Position numbers and translations under genes: made by a program. The notes below the pieces were generated by a model that was given only the letters and a program-made list of their open reading frames with translations, searched no databases and was not told the origin of the DNA. Shown here piece by piece: positions 60,579-64,000 of a stretch of DNA of 64,000 nt; the stretch's first letter is position 1, and the number at the start of each line of letters is the position of its first letter. This DNA is from Promethearchaeia archaeon (GTDB taxonomy: Archaea; Asgardarchaeota; Lokiarchaeia; Sigyniarchaeales; SOKP01), in assembly GCA_029856145.1 (NCBI GenBank), contig JAHQWK010000028.1, forward strand, positions 1 to 64,000, written 5' to 3'.

Positions 60579-61580
60579 TCAACAAGATGGTGTTGTTGAT
60601 TTTTTACTGATTTTGGTATTTGTATCTTTATCCTCTGATCTCTTTGTCAATCCTGACCAACATGGGTTTTTAACACCTGTTTTTTCTGCAATTCTAAGAA
60701 AATGTTCCATATCTTCTTTTTTCATTAATGGTTCTTCCTTTAAGGACCATTCCATATCTAATCTTTCATATTTTGAGCTACAAAGATTATTAAAAGAAAG
60801 AAGATCCCATCGTTCAGGAAAATTGTCTAATTTATTGACAATAAACTCACCAATTCCTTTAAGATTTTCCTCAGTAGCAGTATAATGTGGAATAATTGGA
60901 GTTCTAATCCACATTTTTTTACCATTTCTTTTCAAATTATTAGAAATCCAAATGGCGTTTTCTAAGATAACTTCATTGGGGACTCCTGTAAATTCTTTAT
61001 GCTTATCAGAATTTATCTGTTTTATATCTAAAAGTACTAAATCTACATGGGGCAGAATACGTTCATAAACCATTTTGGATGCATATCCACATGTGTCAAT
61101 AGCAGTAGATATTCCATTTTCTTTACATTTTTTCAAAAACTTAATAACAAATTCAGGTTGTTGGGTAGGTTCACCACCAGAAACTGTTATTCCTCCATTA
61201 GACTTAGTATAATAAACCTTATCTTTTTCTATCTCATAGAAGAGATCTTCTAAATTCCACCATTTACCTAAAATTTTTAATGCAGTAGAAGGGCATTCCT
61301 CTACACACTCTCCGCATCCATTACATATTTCTCTATCAATAATTAGTCCAATTTTGTTAAAAGATAATGCATTTTGTTGACATGTTTCTATGCATGTCTT
61401 ACATCCAATACATTTATGTTTAAACCATTCAATTTGAGGAATTTTAAGTAAAGATTCAGGATTATGGCACCATATACACTTTAATGGACAATTTTTAAAA
61501 AACACAGTTGTTCTGATACCTGGACCATCTTCAGTTGAAAATTTCTGAATTTGGAAAATTAAAGCTTCAGATAATACCAT
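60579..61580 (-). CDS. Glycyl-radical enzyme activating protein with 2x[4Fe-4S] insert
   Basis: DGPGIRTTVFFKNCPLKCIWCHNPE, CxxCxxC ferredoxin motifs, SGGEP. Confidence 0.95.
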   Translation of the reverse strand: MVLSEALIFQIQKFSTEDGPGIRTTVFFKNCPLKCIWCHNPESLLKIPQIEWFKHKCIGCKTCIETCQQNALSFNKIGLIIDREICNGCGECVEECPSTALKILGKWWNLEDLFYEIEKDKVYYTKSNGGITVSGGEPTQQPEFVIKFLKKCKENGISTAIDTCGYASKMVYERILPHVDLVLLDIKQINSDKHKEFTGVPNEVILENAIWISNNLKRNGKKMWIRTPIIPHYTATEENLKGIGEFIVNKLDNFPERWDLLSFNNLCSSKYERLDMEWSLKEEPLMKKEDMEHFLRIAEKTGVKNPCWSGLTKRSEDKDTNTKISKKSTTPSC

Positions 61581-61631
61581 TTTCTTAAATTTTTTCTTTT
61601 TTTTTAAAATTTGGAAAATAAATAAAAATTT

Positions 61632-63992
61632 CTAAATTCTATGAGATTCTCTGGCAATTATTTCATCCTGTAATTCTCTCCCTATGGTGGTGAAGTATGC
61701 ATTATAGCCTGTTACTCTAACTAAAAGATTCTTATAATTTTCAGGATGTTTTTGAGCATCTTTTAACATTTCAGAATCGAGCATATTGACTTGTAAGGCA
61801 GTGCCTCCGTTTTCTATATAACCTCTTAAATAAGCTTTAAATTTCTCTTTATGCTCCGGATCTTCAATTATAGATGGATTAAAGGTAATTGTATGGCTTG
61901 CTCCATTGGGTAAATAATTAATATATTCTCCAGTTTCAGTTTTTCCTCCTAATACTTTACCAACAGAATTAGTAACTGCTGTAGGTCCTTTTTTATCAGC
62001 TCCATCAGTAGGACAGATTGCATTTGATAGAAATGATCCCTTATTTCGCCCATTTGGTGTTGCTATTGTATAACTAGCATCTGCTCCAGCCCAGTAGTTC
62101 CATGATAACATTCCAGGACGATATTGATAATTAGTTGGTGTTTTATATTTCCAACATTCTTCAGACCATATTTCCATTACTTTTTTAGAAAATTCATCAG
62201 CATCATCCTCATCGTTCCCATATTTAGGAGTTTTATTCATTAAGTAGGTTTGCATTACTTCGTTTCCCTTGAAGTCATTTTTAATAGCTTCTTTAATTAG
62301 TGCTATTGTATATTTCTTATCCTCATATACAAGCTTCTTAATTGATAGTAATGAATCTACTGTTGTAGCAAATCCCACTCCTTCAACAGTAACAAATTTT
62401 AATTCAGGACCCCCATTGATAATATCTAAACCTTGCTCTATGCATCCTCGAACAATAGATGATAAGTATGGAGTGCGAATAAAATCCCCTCGAAGTTCTT
62501 CGCACATATTATTTATATCCACAGTATACTTAATAATAAATTTAACTTGTTCTTTCCAAGCGTTATAAAATTCTTCCCATGTTTGAAAATTTTCAGCATC
62601 TCCCGTTTCTGGTCCGATTTGTTCTCCAAGTTTAGTAGCAATATCATTCCCAGGCATATTTTTGCCATTCCATAGTGTTAACTCTATAGATTTAGTTAAA
62701 TTAGGATTACAATTTACAGTTCCACTTCTATCATTACCTTGCATAGTATTTTCTAGACAACCTACTACTCCATAATTCCAAGCTTCTTCTTCAGGAATAC
62801 CTTCTTTAACCATTCCAGCAATACTTCTCTCGTCAAAATTCAGAATGAATGGAGCTCCTTGAGCTCTCGAAATCATATTTACTAATATATCCAAAAGTTT
62901 ATCCGGAGAATTTCTATGAATTCTTACGTTAGGTTTAGGCTCAAGACTCGGATACCATGAATCTATGACTTCAAGCATAATGTAGGTAAGTTCATTTGTT
63001 AAATCCTCTCCATTTGAGCCACATCCAGAAAGTGTTATAATTTGACCGTATCCGGATAATATTCCCTGATTACCAACTCTAATCATTGCATCATACACAG
63101 TATTACAATGAAACCAAAAACTACCTAAAATATCTCTTGTAAATTCTTTAGTGATTGCTTTTTGTTCAATAACATCCTTTTTATACAAATCCCATAAATA
63201 CTGATCAATTCTTCCAAAAGAGAGGCCTGGTCCGGGGTATGATTCTTCAGCCATTACTAACATGTGAGTGAGCCACACTGCTTGAACTCCTTGCCAAAAA
63301 GTCTCAGCCGGTTCCCATGGCACTCTTTCTAAATTCTTTGCCATTTGTTCAAATTCTTCAACAATTTCAGGCTTTTTTTCCTCCTTTTTTAACCTTCGAC
63401 ATTCTTCAGCGTATTTTTTTGCTAATTTCCTCGGAATTTCTGCTGAGATCATCATTGCCCTAAGTTCTTCCCCTTTTGGTCCCTTTTTTTCCTCTTTGCT
63501 AAGTCTTTCGTATTTCGTCTTAGCTTTTTCATAAATATATTTAAATCCTTTTTTAACCACAGTTTCATAATCAGGTATAATATGACCTGGAATTGCTCCT
63601 AGATTTCCGAAACCAGATTTATGGTACTTAAAAACAGCTTCTCTATTTCTTATATTTTTCTTCCAATATTCTTTTGTTTCTTCCTCATTAAAACATCTGC
63701 TTAATTGAGTATTAAATCTCCCACCTACAATTAAGTCATTTTCAGAAATAATTTCGTGAGGAATATAGTTAAGCATAACTTTTTCGAGAAAAGTGGCTCT
63801 ACGTTCTGTTAGAGATAATTCCCAAAAATTATCTGGTAATTCAACAGGTATAGCCATTGATCTAAAAGATGAAGCAAATACACCCTGATCATTTTTTCCC
63901 AATACCTGAATATAATAATATACTTCAGGATTAATATACCAATCTCCCTCATGGAAAACGATATCCCAATCTGTTCCTGTTGTAAATGACAT
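61632..63992 (-). CDS. Glycyl-radical enzyme (PFL-like); may extend past the window edge
   Basis: SFGRIDQYL, VVGCLEN Cys loop, LLVRVTGYNAYF Gly loop; frame open to position 64000. Confidence 0.93.
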   Translation of the reverse strand: MSFTTGTDWDIVFHEGDWYINPEVYYYIQVLGKNDQGVFASSFRSMAIPVELPDNFWELSLTERRATFLEKVMLNYIPHEIISENDLIVGGRFNTQLSRCFNEEETKEYWKKNIRNREAVFKYHKSGFGNLGAIPGHIIPDYETVVKKGFKYIYEKAKTKYERLSKEEKKGPKGEELRAMMISAEIPRKLAKKYAEECRRLKKEEKKPEIVEEFEQMAKNLERVPWEPAETFWQGVQAVWLTHMLVMAEESYPGPGLSFGRIDQYLWDLYKKDVIEQKAITKEFTRDILGSFWFHCNTVYDAMIRVGNQGILSGYGQIITLSGCGSNGEDLTNELTYIMLEVIDSWYPSLEPKPNVRIHRNSPDKLLDILVNMISRAQGAPFILNFDERSIAGMVKEGIPEEEAWNYGVVGCLENTMQGNDRSGTVNCNPNLTKSIELTLWNGKNMPGNDIATKLGEQIGPETGDAENFQTWEEFYNAWKEQVKFIIKYTVDINNMCEELRGDFIRTPYLSSIVRGCIEQGLDIINGGPELKFVTVEGVGFATTVDSLLSIKKLVYEDKKYTIALIKEAIKNDFKGNEVMQTYLMNKTPKYGNDEDDADEFSKKVMEIWSEECWKYKTPTNYQYRPGMLSWNYWAGADASYTIATPNGRNKGSFLSNAICPTDGADKKGPTAVTNSVGKVLGGKTETGEYINYLPNGASHTITFNPSIIEDPEHKEKFKAYLRGYIENGGTALQVNMLDSEMLKDAQKHPENYKNLLVRVTGYNAYFTTIGRELQDEIIARESHRI

Positions 63993-64000
63993 ATATTGGT

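Noticed and set aside
1-64000. tRNA, rRNA or CRISPR arrays
   Set aside because: No cloverleaf, rRNA-like GC-rich tract or regularly spaced repeats were found by inspection

Overview
AT-rich archaeal chromosome segment, most likely from an Asgard archaeon (Lokiarchaeia/Promethearchaeia-like). This is inferred from the archaeal ribosomal proteins, SecY, ether-lipid genes, methanopterin genes, many Zn-ribbon proteins and mixed bacterial-type enzymes. Layout: (i) ~0.7-10.4 kb is an accessory island or mobile-element remnant. It holds small regulators, a degenerate exonuclease-like gene and an apparently 5'-truncated 2018-aa giant protein with polymorphic-toxin-like architecture, followed by a possible immunity gene abutting the 3' end of secY. 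(ii) secY plus the uL11-uL1-uL10-P1 operon. (iii) Housekeeping and metabolic genes: cheB, adk, aroD/K/E, GH57, tmk, uS2, cooC, a rSAM/DUF4130 pair, two orphan N6-adenine MTases, three membrane M28 peptidases, GGR-GGGPS-DGGGPS, larE, mptG/mptD, and a glycyl-radical enzyme with its activase. Main discovery: two protein-coding genes are interrupted by tiny frame-disrupting inserts that fold into bulge-helix-bulge (BHB) motifs. These are the ribosomal uL11 gene (28 nt, 14741-14768) and an unannotated 56-aa Zn-ribbon gene (29 nt, 22162-22190). Cutting at the canonical splicing-endonuclease positions restores both reading frames exactly, and both inserts share a UAUUUC apex. This points to endonuclease-type mRNA intron splicing. 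No rRNA, tRNA or CRISPR array was recognised.
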